This document shows positions 38,333 to 64,000 of a stretch of DNA of 64,000 bases, piece by piece. The notes under the pieces were generated by a model. The model worked only from the letters and a program-made list of their open reading frames with translations. It was not told the DNA's origin and ran no database searches. The first letter of the stretch is position 1. Each line of letters begins with the position of its first letter. The stretch is from Chlorokybus atmophyticus (taxonomy: Eukaryota; Plantae; Mesostigma and Chlorokybus algae): the NCBI GenBank assembly GCA_009103225.1, contig RHPI01000560.1:479465-543464 (forward strand). The letters are read 5' to 3'. The position numbers and the translations under genes are program-made.

Positions 38333-39522
38333 GCTGCTGGCGACGACAGCACCAGCAGCAGGCTCCTTGCTGCAAGCACGTGCTAGCAATCATCCTCCAT
38401 GCGGCGGCGGCGGCAAGCAAGTAACTCGATTAAGGGCGTAGCATATGTGCCCTGCTTCTTGTTGTCGTCCTCTGCGTCGTCCTCGTCGTGCGCGTCGGTG
38501 CTCGCCTGAAGCCACCGCGTGGCGCCCTGGCAGCTGCTGCTGCAAACCCTTCCTCCGCCGCTCAAGAACGGCCTTCTATACCAGAACCCAGTCATCTGGT
38601 ATGCCTCCAGGCTGGCGCTGCTTGGCTTGTTGCCAAACCCAGCGCCGCCCGCCGTAGGCAACGCCACACGCACGCGCCGGAGGTGGACAAGACTGTTGAT
38701 GTGACGGGACAGGGCACTGGACTCAACTCCACTCTGTGCTGCCCGACCCGAAGTGAGTAAATCTTGCAAAGGCCCCTTAACCCGGCGAGTCGTTTGATAA
38801 CCTTCCTTCTGTCGTTGCGTTGGTTGACGCGACGTGTCGGCTGCCACTGAAGCAAGTACCAGAGTCACTCTGGCAGAGTGGATGCACGGGCCCGAGGCGA
38901 GTGAGGGCCAACCTACCGGTGTAACACAGTGAGGTTGAAGTACACGTAACTCTATCAACCACGCATCCGAGACGTTATGTCTCGAGGCGAATGAGGCCAG
39001 CCATTCTACATTTCAGTTCAAGTACATTTATCTCGCTCTCAACCACGCAACTTCAACCTCGCTACAGCTAGTGCATGCCGCTGAACGGCAAGCATCACGA
39101 GCTTCACGTGTAGCAACCAAGCAGATACGCATGTACATGAAGTAGCATAGAGTAGCATGCACGCCTGCACTGCAATTGTCAAGTTTGTCCGCGTCATCAC
39201 TTGCTGCGTGTCCTGCTGCTGTGAACGTTGTCGTCTTCAGTGGGTCACCGCCGCCACTACTAGCATGCAGTCCTCTAGCCCTCCGGTATGTAAACCGGAT
39301 CTGGTCTGACGTTCATGGCTCTGCATCGCAGGTGGTACCCCCTTTCCCCGCCTGCGCATTCCTTGCATATTGCCGTCCTCCCCTTGCCTGCGTTGTCGGT
39401 GTTGTTGTTGGTGGTGTCGTGTCTAGTGTTAACAACTACCATGTGGTAGTTGTTAGCAGTGAGCTAGCGCTAATCTGAGCCCGCAGGATTGTCTTGCTTC
39501 AATCAGTGCTGAAGGTTGTTTG

Positions 39523-39525
<3 letters not shown>

Positions 39526-39590
<65 letters not shown>

Positions 39591-39597
39591 CCTCTCT
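39526..39597 (+). repeat. (CT)n microsatellite
   Basis: Near-perfect CT run. Confidence 0.95.
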
Positions 39598-40998
39598 ATA
39601 TATATGCGTGAAAAGTGCTAGCTTTGCCTAACTGAAGTAAATCTGCGTTGCCATGTGCTGCATATGTGCTACGTTCATAAACGGGCTTTATCAGTCAGAT
39701 GCAAGCCACGAGTTCGCATGTGGCGGTTTTTGCAAGGTAATCCGACAGGACATATCCGCATGCACATACCGCATTTGGTATTTAGTACGTGGTTGGTAAA
39801 CGTCGTCTCTGCCAACATAGGGGTTGCAATCAAGCAATCCAAGCAGAAGGGGACAAATGCAAACAAGCACACTGCAAGATGCATGAAGTTTAGTGGGGTC
39901 AAGGTAGTGTTGCAACCACTAACTCACTAGGTAAGCCATGAACCTCAAAGACAAGACCTAAAACATGAGCAGTATGACCCTCAGGCAGCAACAAGGGTGG
40001 GGGGTGAGAGGAGATCGCAGGCAGCAATGACAATGTATGGATTGCGGGGAGAAGGCAAGGAGATATTAGGTCCGAGCTTGGCCACCAGCAGCATGCACGA
40101 CGCAAGGATGGACGGACGCATAGACAGCTCTTTGCGCCATGATATGCACATACTTTGGAGCGTGGCATACACCACAGCACTGCACTGCACTGCAGCATCC
40201 TTGCTGCACGATATTGGCATTGATCTTCGTTCAGCCCGCGACTACGGCCTGCTCTACCGTTCCTCTGTGATGTCCAGGTTGGTCACATAGCCCTTGCTAC
40301 CCTGCTACCCAACGCATTGCAAACACATAGCAGCACTTTATCTAATGGTAGCCTAGGGCCCCGGGGGGTTTATTGATATGTGCTTGGTCTAACTCTGCCT
40401 GCCTTTGATGCCTTTGATTGTTGCTTGTGCATAATGCTTGCATTGCATGGCTGTGCATAATGTGCGGATTGATTTATACCATATACTTTACAACGTAGTG
40501 GACACACAATGGTGAGGTTGTCTATCAACTTCATAGACAACCTCACCATGGTTTCAGATGAGGCTATTCTCATTCAATGCGTTGAATTCTTATGCACGCA
40601 CGCGTCCACACGCACATCACAACGTTTGCGCCTGAGGAGTTTCAAGCAACCTTCACATGCACTCACACAAGAAAATGTTTACGCGTTGTGCGCTATCATT
40701 GAATCATTGAGAATGCATCATGCATAACTTAATTTGTTGCAAATGAAATTTCTCGAAGAGTTACTTTGACTTTTTTTTGAAGCAAGAAGAAACGTCATCA
40801 CGAAACATGACATGTAGCAGTGCCACATGTACAAAAACAATATTGACAACTCCATGTTTTATTATTACTTCGTTTTGTACCAACAACTCTACATGAGTTT
40901 GTCTAAAGAAAGCAAACCGACTATACAAGCACGATGCCTGAGCTTGATGCAACCCAACATTTTCGACCTCAAGTGCTATTATGCAGTTTGAGGTGGTG

Positions 40999-41551
40999 TG
41001 TAACGGGAACGTATAATAAATTAAATAAATAAATAAATAAATAAATAAATTACCACAAATCGACCATAAAAGTACCAAGTCTTTTGTGGTCGAGTGGGCT
41101 GTGACATTGGTCATCGGACCTTGAGACCCGGGTTGGAATTCCTGCCTTGCACACGAATTCCACGGTCGTTGTTTTTCGATCCAATAATCGTAAATGGTCA
41201 CTTTATAACATCGATGGGTCGCGACTTGCCTAATGGCAGTCGCGCCGAACTGACCAGTTCAGTCGGCGCGGCAGGGCGCGACCTGCCTATCGCGGCGACG
41301 CGACCTGTGGGGCCGGCAGCGTTTCGCTATGCGCGCGTTGACCGGTATGCCTAAATTGGCCGGTCCTTGGGTGGTGGGGCCGGTGACCGACCCTAAATCA
41401 GACCCCCGGGAAGATTCCCCAGCTGATGAGCGCCAGCTGCCGAGGACGTTAGCGTTCTTAAGTGGGGGGGAATGTAACGGGAAGGTACAATAAATTACCA
41501 CAAATCGACCATAAAAGCACCAAGTCTTTTGTGGTCGAGTGGGCTGTGACA
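40999..41551 (+). mobile_element. TRIM copy 2 (same family as 9312-9828)
   Basis: LTRs 40999-41106 (with a TAAA expansion) and 41473-41551, TG...CA ends. Perfect 5-bp TSD TGGTG (40994-40998 and 41552-41556). PPT AGTGGGGGGGAA. A box intact; B box altered to GGTTGGAATTCC. Confidence 0.92.
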
Positions 41552-42074
41552 TGGTGGCGTTGCATATCTTTTGCAATTTTCACATAATCCACAAGGTTTG
41601 ATGGTAACACAAATTGAAGACACAAACAACCTAGCAATGCGCAATGACGCGTATTTGTATGTTGTTTGCATATATACATGTACATCTTATTGACGGCATG
41701 AACAATATTTCACCAACTGTGCACGCGGCGAATTCCATTAGTAGTGATCATGTACTGCTGAGCACTGACTAACGGGCTAGTTGCAAGGTTCACCTTGCCA
41801 ATTGCGTACTCACTCCTGAAGTGCAGGTATGCTAAGCAAGCAATATGCAAAATGACGTGCTGCCAGCTTGATTCATGCATATGAAAGGCAGAGGCAGCAC
41901 TCTCAGCATCAGCACAGATATCTATAGAAAGCTCTACAGAAACAAACATAATTCCAAAACTGCGTCTCACGTATGAGGCATTCATACCCCAAGGCGAATA
42001 GTTGACTAACCTAATCACGAACAGCCATACAAACAGCAGCACAGAACCTCCTAGCTGCAGTTTGTCTCTGCTTT

Positions 42075-48422
<6,348 letters not shown>

Positions 48423-48515
48423 GATGGCAGTCTCAGACCCAGCCCCACACCTCCCGCCCACCCCACCGCCGCCAACGACGACGACAACCCCCTCGCCGCC
48501 GCCGACACGGTGGCA

Positions 48516-48524
48516 AAACCCTAA
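48516..48524 (+). promoter_or_regulatory. Telo-box (AAACCCTAA) in the TOC159 upstream region
   Basis: Exact motif about 95 bp upstream of the proposed TOC159 ATG, between divergent genes. A short motif that could occur by chance. Confidence 0.3.
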
Positions 48525-48913
48525 CCCAGCGCTATCCACGTTTGCGATCCTGATTGTTCAAGAACCGTGCGATCCGGATCGGCATCATCTTGGCGACCTC
48601 CATCCAGCCATCCGTCCATCACGGTTCAATGTGGTTCACCGAGTGCATTGAACCACTGCGTTCACTAATCTGAGGATCTGGCTATATCTGTGCCGGTCAA
48701 GCGCCGGTATCTGCAGCGCGATGACAGAAGAGACGAAACCTTTGTCCGGATGCCGGCGGTCGCCGTTGGCTGTGTCACGTGACTTCAACACTGTGACTGC
48801 AAACATCCACGTGGCGAGCAGGCGTTGCACAGCCGCCGTAGTGGTGTTCTCGGCGGCGTCGGCGTCACTGTCAGCCGTAGACTTGATAGCAGGATATACC
48901 ACATCTCGTGAAT

Positions 48914-54766
<5,853 letters not shown>

Positions 54767-55801
54767 ACACGTGAGAGCATGTACAGGACATTCGTTGGGT
54801 AGGAGNTTGTGTGAAAGGGGTGGGAATTCGGTGGTAGCTGTGCGCGCGCGTGGTGATGTTGTGCTTCTTGGTGATGCTTGGACTGTGGATTGTTGTACTG
54901 TGTTGTAGTGGGTGGGGAGGGGGATTGACAAGAGTGTGCGTGTTGTACATGGTGGGAAGGTGTGCAGAACTGCTTGGGCTGCTTGCTGTACTTGGGGGTG
55001 CTGCGAGTTGTTAGATGATGGTGTATTCTCTAGTCACAAAAGACCAAGCAATAAGTTCAAGCCCAATAGCCAGGGCACACACTTCAGATGAGATGGTGCG
55101 TGCTCTCGATCTGCAGGTACTTACCCTACAATGTCAAGTAGGTTGACAACACACTCAGCCGATAGCGACATCTGATGCAAACGTCGCATGGACGTGCTTG
55201 ACACGAGTACACAAGTGTAACTTATGTAGAAACGCTCAGTGGCGACACGGCTACTATAACGTGAACTTATCCGTGCGTGCATGTTGACATGGGTGTGCAT
55301 GAAACTAGTAGTAACGTGAACAACCATAAGACTCACCTGAAAGCTACACGAATTGTATTTAAGCTAACCAATGAGACAGATGCAATGAACACCCACACAC
55401 AAGCAGACACACAGCAGCATGCTCATCGGCACAATGATAAAGACAGAAGCACAACTTGTTTGTGCCATTTGTATTGAAACACATGTCATCAACACCCATC
55501 GTCACGCAAAAGCATGCAACGTGACGTATGACAATGTGATTCGCGTTGTATGGCATCAAACAATCATGTTAAATGTTTATATCATGTCTGCAATGCGTAA
55601 TCTGTAGTGGTACAAAGCTTGCTTATAAAGTGTTGCATCATTAAGTGAGACACGTATATTGCTTGCATCTAAGAGATCTTGCAACTCCATTGCGCGCACT
55701 TGTCTCGTATTAACTCCAGCAAAATCCCATCTGGTGAACTCCCCCTTAAATGGCTTTGTTTAAAGCGCGTCTCCTTGAATAGTACTTGTCCGCGGGGGGC
55801 G

Positions 55802-56141
55802 NNNNNNNNNNNNNNNNNNNNNNNNNNNNNNNNNNNNNNNNNNNNNNNNNNNNNNNNNNNNNNNNNNNNNNNNNNNNNNNNNNNNNNNNNNNNNNNNNNN
55901 NNNNNNNNNNNNNNNNNNNNNNNNNNNNNNNNNNNNNNNNNNNNNNNNNNNNNNNNNNNNNNNNNNNNNNNNNNNNNNNNNNNNNNNNNNNNNNNNNNNN
56001 NNNNNNNNNNNNNNNNNNNNNNNNNNNNNNNNNNNNNNNNNNNNNNNNNNNNNNNNNNNNNNNNNNNNNNNNNNNNNNNNNNNNNNNNNNNNNNNNNNNN
56101 NNNNNNNNNNNNNNNNNNNNNNNNNNNNNNNNNNNNNNNNN
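55802..56141. other. Assembly gap (N run)
   Basis: 340 Ns in the sequence. Confidence 1.
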
Positions 56142-56165
56142 GGACGCTCATGAAGTCAAGACGGT

Positions 56166-59100
56166 ATGAAACCGAACGACTTCATTTCCGGTATGCACAT
56201 ATCAAGGGAGGAGCGTAAGTTACTGCGCACATCTCTCCGCCTGGGCGTCATCGCCGTCATGCATGTTGGCGTCGGCGTCGGCGTCGGCGAGATGCTTCGC
56301 GTTTCCCTTATCCACCCGACTAACAAAGCACGCGGTCTAAGACTGCCAACCAAGCATGCATATCCTCGACTACGGCGACAGCAGCAGCAGCCACGCCCCC
56401 AACCATCTGCTCAAGCCACCGCCTCCTCCTCCACTACCACCACCACCTCCGCCTCCGTTAGTATGGCGACGAGGTGGCAGGTTCAGCCTCGAGGACAGCC
56501 AGCAGCACAAGCAGAAGAAGGAGGACAAGAACCAGGACAGGAACAGGAAGGCGTGGATGAGCCGCCGCCGCAGGAGCACAAAAGGCGGAGGAGGCGAGGG
56601 GGACAGCAGGATGAAAGCAAGAGGCTGCATTTCAGGGCTTTGACTGCAGCACGCTCAGGCCAAGTAGGCTCCATGATGCTGCACGCTATTTGTTTGCTAT
56701 ATACTTGTTTCAAGCGCAGTGTAATAAAGAAACGAAGAAGCAGTTGAGCTTTCACTCATACATTTGGGCAAAAGTCAGTCCCATGACATTGAATGACAGA
56801 TTAGATGGTGCTTGTGAACATCCGCAGTTGATATACACTCATTACTGTGTAACATGTGAAGTTGATTTGTACACTCACTACTACGCTTTGATGTGGTTGT
56901 AAATCACATCGTCAGTGTGGTTTGCAAACAAACCCACCACCACACCAATAACAACAACACGGGCGTGTGCGTGTGCAGTTGGAGAAGGCCGCCGTCCGCT
57001 TCACCGAGGCCCTGGAGCACAGCCCCGACAATGCTCCCACTCTCAACAGCGCCGCTTGCTTCCACGCCTTCCAGCTAGGCGACATCAACCGCGCAGTAAG
57101 TGGTCTTGTGTCCTTGTTGTGTCACATTGCAAACCCCAACATGGACACTCTCACTCTTCACAGAGGCATCTGTTCAAGCGGGCCGTGGAGGCGGACCCCT
57201 CCTCCGCGGCGGCGCTGCAGGCGTGGGCGAGGATGGAGGGCGGGAGACGCGGGGCGGGCGTGGCGAGGGCGAGGGAGCTGTTTGAGAAGGCTACCGTGGC
57301 CAACCCGAAACACGCACCCGCGTGGCAGGTGGGACCTGAGAAGATGTGGACGTGCGCGCGCGCGCGCATGCGTATGTATGTCCTTGTGTGCCTCGGTCAA
57401 GTATTTGTCTATGTTTGTGCACACGCACATATCTGTGCATGCGTGCGTGCGCGTGCGTGTGTGTGTGCGTGCTTGCACATTTGTCTCGTGCCTCTACGTG
57501 TTGATTGTCTCGACAGCTTATACTCATAACTTGGTTGCAATGCTGGTTATGAAGTTGACAGATCCACAATGACCTTGATAGTAAGCAACGTTGCTGCCTG
57601 TGGTGACAGCCTTGATGAGCAAACGTCTGACCTAGTACGCTAACAACGTCACTGAGTGGGCGTTGCACGCGCACAGGCGTGGGCATGTTTTGAAAGGGCA
57701 CAAGGGAAGGTCGGCAAGGCTCGGGCACTCTTCAGGAAGGGCCACAGGTGGGGATTGCAAGAAGCCCCCACATCTTATATGCTGCACGCACACACGCGCA
57801 CGCATGCACGCATGCACGTACACACACACACACACACACAGGGCCGACCCCTCGCACGCGCCGAGTCTTCAGGCCTGGGCCCTTCTTGAGGCCGGTGAGG
57901 GCCGCCCCGCGGACGCGCGCAACCTGTTACGCAAGGCCCACGCGGCCGACCCGTCCCATGCGCCCACTCTGCAGGCGTGGGCCGCCCTCGAGTGGGAGCG
58001 CTTTGGGGACATCCACCATGCCCGACGGCTGTTTGAAAAGGGGGCGGCACTATCACCTCCACACGGGCCACTACTCAGGGTAACACGTCATCATGTGGAC
58101 ATGTGGACTTGAGCACTCGTGGTATTGTGGACTACTGTCTAGCATATTGATCCATCCATGTGGATTTGTGTCTCTCATGTTAAATAACAGGTGACTTGTG
58201 GTCTTTGCTCGTCATCACCCTTACATGTGGACTTGTGGGTTTGTGTGTCGCTCACGGTGTGATGTCCATCACACCACCATCAGGCATGGGCGGTGTTGGA
58301 GGCGGGGCAGAAGGCGTCCGTGGCGCTGTCCGGCAGCGTGGACAGGGCGGCGGAGCTGTACGAGCGCGTGCGGGAGGCCGAGCCGGCAGACCCGCGCACG
58401 TGGCTGATGTACGGCCACTTTCGCCACGCCCAGGGTGAGAGAGACTTAGTCTTCCTTCTATATGACTCGGCGAAAATATTGGTTGCAATGCTGATGCGCA
58501 CAAAACAAACTGCATGACGTAATGAAACATGAGCGAGGGGACCTTAGGTGAATTGGAGCTGGCACGGGAGCTGTATCAGCGAGGCTTGCAGCTAGCGAAG
58601 GACAACACGCATCTGCTACATGCACTTGCACTGACAGAGTGGGTAAGCTGCTAGCACACACACACACGCACGCATACACATGCATACACGCTCATGGTGT
58701 GTGTGCACACGAACACACACGCGCGCGCGCGCACACACGCGCGCGCGCATGCACACGCATGCACAAGTCACATAGCGGCAGGCGTACACCTCGACACAGC
58801 AACAACTGACTGCTGTCCGCAGGAGCTCCGCCACGAGTCCGTAGCGCGCGATTTGCTTCACCACCTCGTCACTATCGACCCCCGCAGCGCGCGCGCGTGG
58901 TACCTCCTCGGCGACATGGCCGAGCGCGGCGGCGACGTGGCGGGCGCGAGGGCTTCGTACCGACGCGGGTGCGAGCGTGGAGGAGCGGGTGTTAAGAGGG
59001 TGAGAGAAGGAGAGGATGAGGAGTCGACGGCCGTGTGTTACGGGGCGTGGGCTGCACTGGAAGCGGCGCAGGGCAACGCGGAGCTGGCGCGCGCGGTGTT

Positions 59101-60382
59101 TCGGGAGGGCGATGAGCACGAACCGGTAGGCGGGTTTCATTGGGTTGCTGATGTGGTTGCGGGTTTGTTGTGGTTGTTGAACGTGTGGGTCCGGTGCGTA
59201 GGGTAACGCGCTGCTGCTGCAAAAGTGGGCGCTGTTCGAGAAGCGGTACGGCACGCCGGATGCTGCGCGAGCACTCTTCCAAAGGTTGGAGTTTGGTGTG
59301 CGCGTACGTGTGTGTGTGCATGTGCAACACTCGTGAGATGAACCCTACATCCAACTTATTGTTGTGTCTCTTGACACGTGTTATCCGCGCGCAGGAGTGC
59401 TGATGCCGACCCTCGCCTTGCCCGCACGTACCTCCTCTGGGGCCAATGGGAGCGTCGTTGCGGCTCTTCCGATTCGGCCCGTGCCTGCTTCGCGCGCGGT
59501 CTCGAGGCCAAGCGCAAGAACGCGTTCCTGTGGCAGGCGTGGGCCGTGATGGAGAGCCAGCTCGGGAACGTCGATGAGGCGAGAGAGCTGTTTGAGAGAG
59601 GGACAAACGAGTGCCCGTCGTCGGCGCCGCTGTGGATGGAGTGGGCGCTCATGGAACTGCGAGCGGAACCGACCAGGCAAGGAAACACATGAGATGCACA
59701 TGTCTGTGCTTGTATACAGCCACGCACGCATGGACACATAGATACTCGCACGCGCGCATGTATACGTGCATGCATGTGTGTGAGCGCTTACGTTTGCATA
59801 CATAGGAACAAGGGCACGCACTCGCAAGTGTGGGTCCGTGCGCGCGTATGCGTGCTCACTCATACACGCACACGCACATGCACATACGCGCGCACGGGCG
59901 CGTCTGCGCATGCGCGTGTAAACAGACAGTTACATACTAACATGCAGACATGGAGTAATCCCTTATCACAGACTCGCTGACACCCTGTCTCCTCCTTTCA
60001 CAGGTTGCGTAGGGCCCGTGAGCTGTTTGCCAAGGGTGCGTCCTTGCCCGGTCCCCCCCACCTTCCTCTTCTCCAGGCCTGGGCTGCGGCAGAGGAGTCC
60101 GCCGTCACCAACAACCACGACAACGATACCGACGAGATGGAGCGCAAGGCGGCCCTGGAGACCATTCGGGCCTTGGTGGCGCGCGCTGAGGAGAGGGCGG
60201 GGAAGGGACCCGTGGGGAAGGGAGATGTGGGGAAGGGAGTTGTGGGGGAGGGAGCTGTGGGTGATGGTGATGGTGACGTTGGGTTGGGTGAGGAGAGCGC
60301 GCGGGGTGACGAGGGTGGGGATGGGGGTCCGGTGCGGGAGGTTATTACGCGGGCGGGTGACGCGACAGCTTCGAGGACTTGA
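56166..60382 (+). CDS. HAT/TPR-repeat protein, HCF107/Mbb1-like plastid RNA-binding type (multi-exon)
   Basis: Many repeats of the form ARxLFxKAxxADPxHAPxLQAWAxLE. The low-complexity N-terminus is transit-peptide-like. Start is 56166 or 56291. Confidence 0.85.
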
Positions 60383-60576
60383 TGTGGTTGTGTGACATTG
60401 CTCTAGGCTTGCTGCGATAGGTTGAGTAGTAGTGTGCGTGCTGTACATTGACAGCACCTGTGTGGCACTGAAGAAGTTTTGGCTGCAGTAGGCAGACGAT
60501 TTGCTTACTGTGATTGTCATGGCTGTTCAACATTGTGTGCACCAGCAGATAAGTAGCTGACCGAACAGATCAATAG

Positions 60577-63500
60577 CTATAGTAATGATGGAATCTCAAA
60601 CACGGAGCGGTAAGCCGGGCCGCCATCTTCCCCGGGGTTTTGATAAGCCATTGCAAAGTCGAAGAGTGCACCCCAAACAGGATCCCTGTAGTCAAAACTT
60701 GTGTGTGCATATGAGTGCGCACACATGTGCGCACGAGCCTGTGCGTGTGCGTGTGCGTGTGCGTGTGCGCGCCAGTGTGTGTGAGTGTTGGTCGACCTCA
60801 ACGGCAAGACAGCAATTATGCGCTTACGCGCAAAGGGTTGAGGAGTCTCCCACGACGACGAGTTTGGCGGCGGAGCGTGTGAGCGCCACGTTGGCGCGGC
60901 GGTAGTCTGCCAAGAAGCCCACAACGCCGTCGGGGTTGCTGCGCACGGTGTCCACCACCACCGCCGCCTTCTCCCGCCCCTGGAAGCCGTCCACGCTGTC
61001 GACCTCAAGCCCGTCCTCACCAACATCCTTCGCCAGCAACCCCCGAAGCAAAACAACCTGACAAAGGCAACCTCACACTCATCACACACTCATCACACAC
61101 GCACGCACACACACATGTATACACACCACACGCGCACACGCAATTGGCCATGCACGCGCACGCGCACACACACATAGAGTGCACGCACACCTGAGCGCTG
61201 TATGGGCTGATGACAGCCACCTCCGCCGCCCCGTACTCCCTCACGAGCTCCCTCGCCACGGCGGCCGTGACACCCGCCTGCTCGGGGTTGCTCGTGGACC
61301 CGCCGTCCTCCTCCTTGCGCTCCACGTAACCCGCACCCGCCGTGTCGATCACCTCAAACACGCACCCCGGCCGCAGAACCACACCCTGACCAAGAGCTAT
61401 GTCAGTACCACAAGTCCACTTGATCTCCATATGTGGCAATGTTGTGTCACAACCTCAATGTGTGGTTCGTTGTTGTCTCTACATGTTGTTGAAGACGCGG
61501 CGATGAGAAGACCGTCATAGAAGGCTGTTGATGGGAATGCCATGAGTGCGGGTGGCATGCGGTACTGTTCTCTCAACATGATCGAGTAGTGGCTTCCCGA
61601 CACGTCGTCGGCAATGTGGACTTGTGTCGCACCCTCAGTGACACGTAGCGCAGCGGTTACAACGGACTCGGCGTCGAAGGAGGAGGCGAGGTGAAGCGAG
61701 ATGTTGGGAGAAGACGTGTTGGGATGCGTGTCGCGCTCCATCAACTCCTCGAACAGCGTGCAGGACAACAGACTGGGCTGGCCAAAGTCCCTGTCTGATA
61801 AGCGCACACGCATGAACACGCGCGCTAGCGCGACACACAACAACAACAACAACAACAACAACATGTTCTACCAGATAGTACTGTGGGAGGTAGCTGTCGG
61901 TGGTCTCCCGCGAGTACGAGCAGCGGGCCGGTCTCTTTCCTCCTTTGGTCCTCTGAAGCAAGGGGCGAGCAGTTGAGGTGGCTCAGAGCCAGCAGGAGCG
62001 CGGGTGTGGCGGCCTGGGAGGCCTCGTCTACCACAGCGCAGGCGAAGGACACCGCTTCACCTGAGCATGTTGGTTGTCACTCATAAAACCATAAACCAAA
62101 ACCATGCGCGCACGCTTGCATACACAAAAGCACACGCGCGCGCCCCACCCAGCCACACATAGCCACATACACGCGCGACAAACGCACAACCATGCACGCA
62201 TGCACACACTCACACACTTAGCCACCGCCGCACGTGAGCACACGCGTGGTCTCGCATCTCACGCACACATACAAGTGGTTGGAGAAAACAACATGTTTGC
62301 TTACTGTCCGCTGTCGCGTATTCACGCAGGGCGGACGCAAATCCCGTCAGCGTCCCGCACACAACCTGCCCGTGGTTGCGCAGCGCACTCGCGGCGGCGC
62401 TGCTCTCCAAGCTGACAGATACAAACCCAACACACACACATATTGTCGGTACTGTTGGTCTTGTCCCATTGCTCCAAGTGTATACGGTTGTGTATACATG
62501 TGCGTGTACGTGTACGTGTACGTGTATGTGTGTATGTTTACATACCGTCTGGCGGTCTTGAACAGCTCGTTGGCCTCTTTGCGAGCCGCCCGTCTGCGCT
62601 GCCCGCCATCCGCGGCGCGTGTCCACTTCGTCGAGGACGCCAGGGCAGCCTAATGGGGAGGAGAGATTGTCACAACCAAGTGCGTGTGCTTGTGTGTTGG
62701 TAGGTTGTGTCAGACCTGTGCTTCCTTGCGCATGTTGGCCGCGAGTTTGGCCTCCGGCTGCGCTAGCTGGACGGCTTCGAGAGTGTGCTTCGCCAATGCT
62801 TCGCTCACGCGCTCTAACGGATACACAGCGATGAGTTCACATAACATGTTGTGACAAGTTGGATTCACATATGTATGCATGACACACATCCCGACAACAC
62901 CTGTGATGCCTAGGCGCACCAGCGCTAGCGCGGGCTCGCGCTCCAGCATTGCGATGGCGAGGTTGTCAACCTGCAGACATCAACACCTTTAAGTGTAAGT
63001 GAATGGTGTGTTGTGTTTGAAACGAAGCCTCAGTTGTGTTGCGTACAATGTACCGCAGCGTTGGAGGCAGCGAGGACCAGCACGCGCTCACCCATCCTTA
63101 CACGCTGCCTCACAACCTCAACCTAATACGAATGTCAGTGCCTTGTACACACCTACCGCCCCCCCACCACCACCCACACCACCCACATACAAGTTACCAG
63201 AGTTCGTGTCTTTCCAGTGCCAAAGGGCCCGTGCACGAGCGCAACGGCAGGGCCGCCGTGGTCATGACTGTCATCTCTCCTCCCAACACAAAGGGCGACT
63301 GCATCCGCCTGCTTCTGGTTCAAGTTCGGGTCTAGAAGTTGGAAGCGCATGTTGTCGTTGTTGGGGTTGTGTCCCGCGGGCTGCGTGTTGGGAGCGCTAC
63401 CAAGCAGGATCGCGAGGAGGCGGGCTGTCCCGTCCTTGGCAGCCTCACACTCTGTGCGCAGCAGATGGTGTCAAAACCAACAAAGCGATAGCCTGCACAC

Positions 63501-64000
63501 GCGCGCACAGCACACCCACACACCAACCACCACCCACAGTCACCTTTAATCCCCGCGCGCATCCGATCGAACGTGACGCTATCCATCACCACCATCACAT
63601 CCACCTTGTCGGTCCCCTTTCCAGCCCCTCCTCCCCCCTCTCCCTCCTCCTCCACTTCCGGAGCCTCATCGAACACGATGCACATCTTCTCCCCCCTCGC
63701 CCACGCCACGCGCGCCGCCGGCCACCCCGCCGCGGGCTCCCACACGCCTGTTGTATTCACGCGCGTGGCGATGCGGACGGGAGCGCCGGGACGAGCGGAT
63801 TGGGAGAAGAGGGAGACGCGGGAGGGAAGGTTGGGGTTGCCGCCGGGAGGGTCGGAGAGTACCCACCTGAGTGGGAGAGTGGGTGGGTGTGAGAGTCAGA
63901 GTCAGAGTGAGAGTGAGAGGGTGCGGGTGAGAGGGGCAAGTCTGAGAATGAGAGTGAAAGTGAGCGCGAGAGTGGGAGTGAGTGTGGGAGTCAGAGGATG
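60577..64000 (-). CDS. IGHMBP2/SMUBP-2 (UPF1-like) SF1 helicase, 5' end outside the window
   Basis: Walker [12 protein letters not shown], motif [59 protein letters not shown]. Confidence 0.92.

Noticed and set aside
38331-40280. Possible plus-strand spliced gene overlapping the start of the secreted-protein gene
   Set aside because: Some GT/AG-bounded segments look coding, but no consistent frame or homology could be assembled by eye.

Overview
Eukaryotic, intron-rich nuclear DNA from a plastid-bearing, probably flagellate green-lineage organism. This is inferred from TOC159-family, RUS-family and HAT-repeat genes plus a ciliary TEX9 homolog; the species cannot be determined. It is a short-read style assembly with N gaps and poly-C artefacts. 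Bases 1-10,000 are a decayed transposon island. It holds a Plavaka-type DDE transposase pseudogene (minus strand, plus an apparently identical 1.2-kb partial copy), a convergent pseudogene for a phage/bacterial-type C5 cytosine methyltransferase preceded by RING and Cys-rich remnants, and a spliced acidic-tailed gene interrupted by a 517-bp miniature LTR element (TRIM). A second copy of that TRIM is at 41.0-41.55 kb. In the TRIM, a tRNA-like Pol III promoter is split across the LTR/internal boundary. From 12 kb onward are ordinary multi-exon host genes: RluA-family pseudouridine synthase, EFM7-like methyltransferase, BAR-like protein, long-chain acyl-CoA synthetase, TEX9, RUS4-like, an unknown secreted protein, TOC159-family GTPase, a coiled-coil protein, a HAT/TPR protein and an IGHMBP2-like SF1 helicase. 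Spliced-gene coordinates are gene spans inferred by eye from GT-AG sites, and start codons are often uncertain. All family assignments come from remembered motifs, not database searches.
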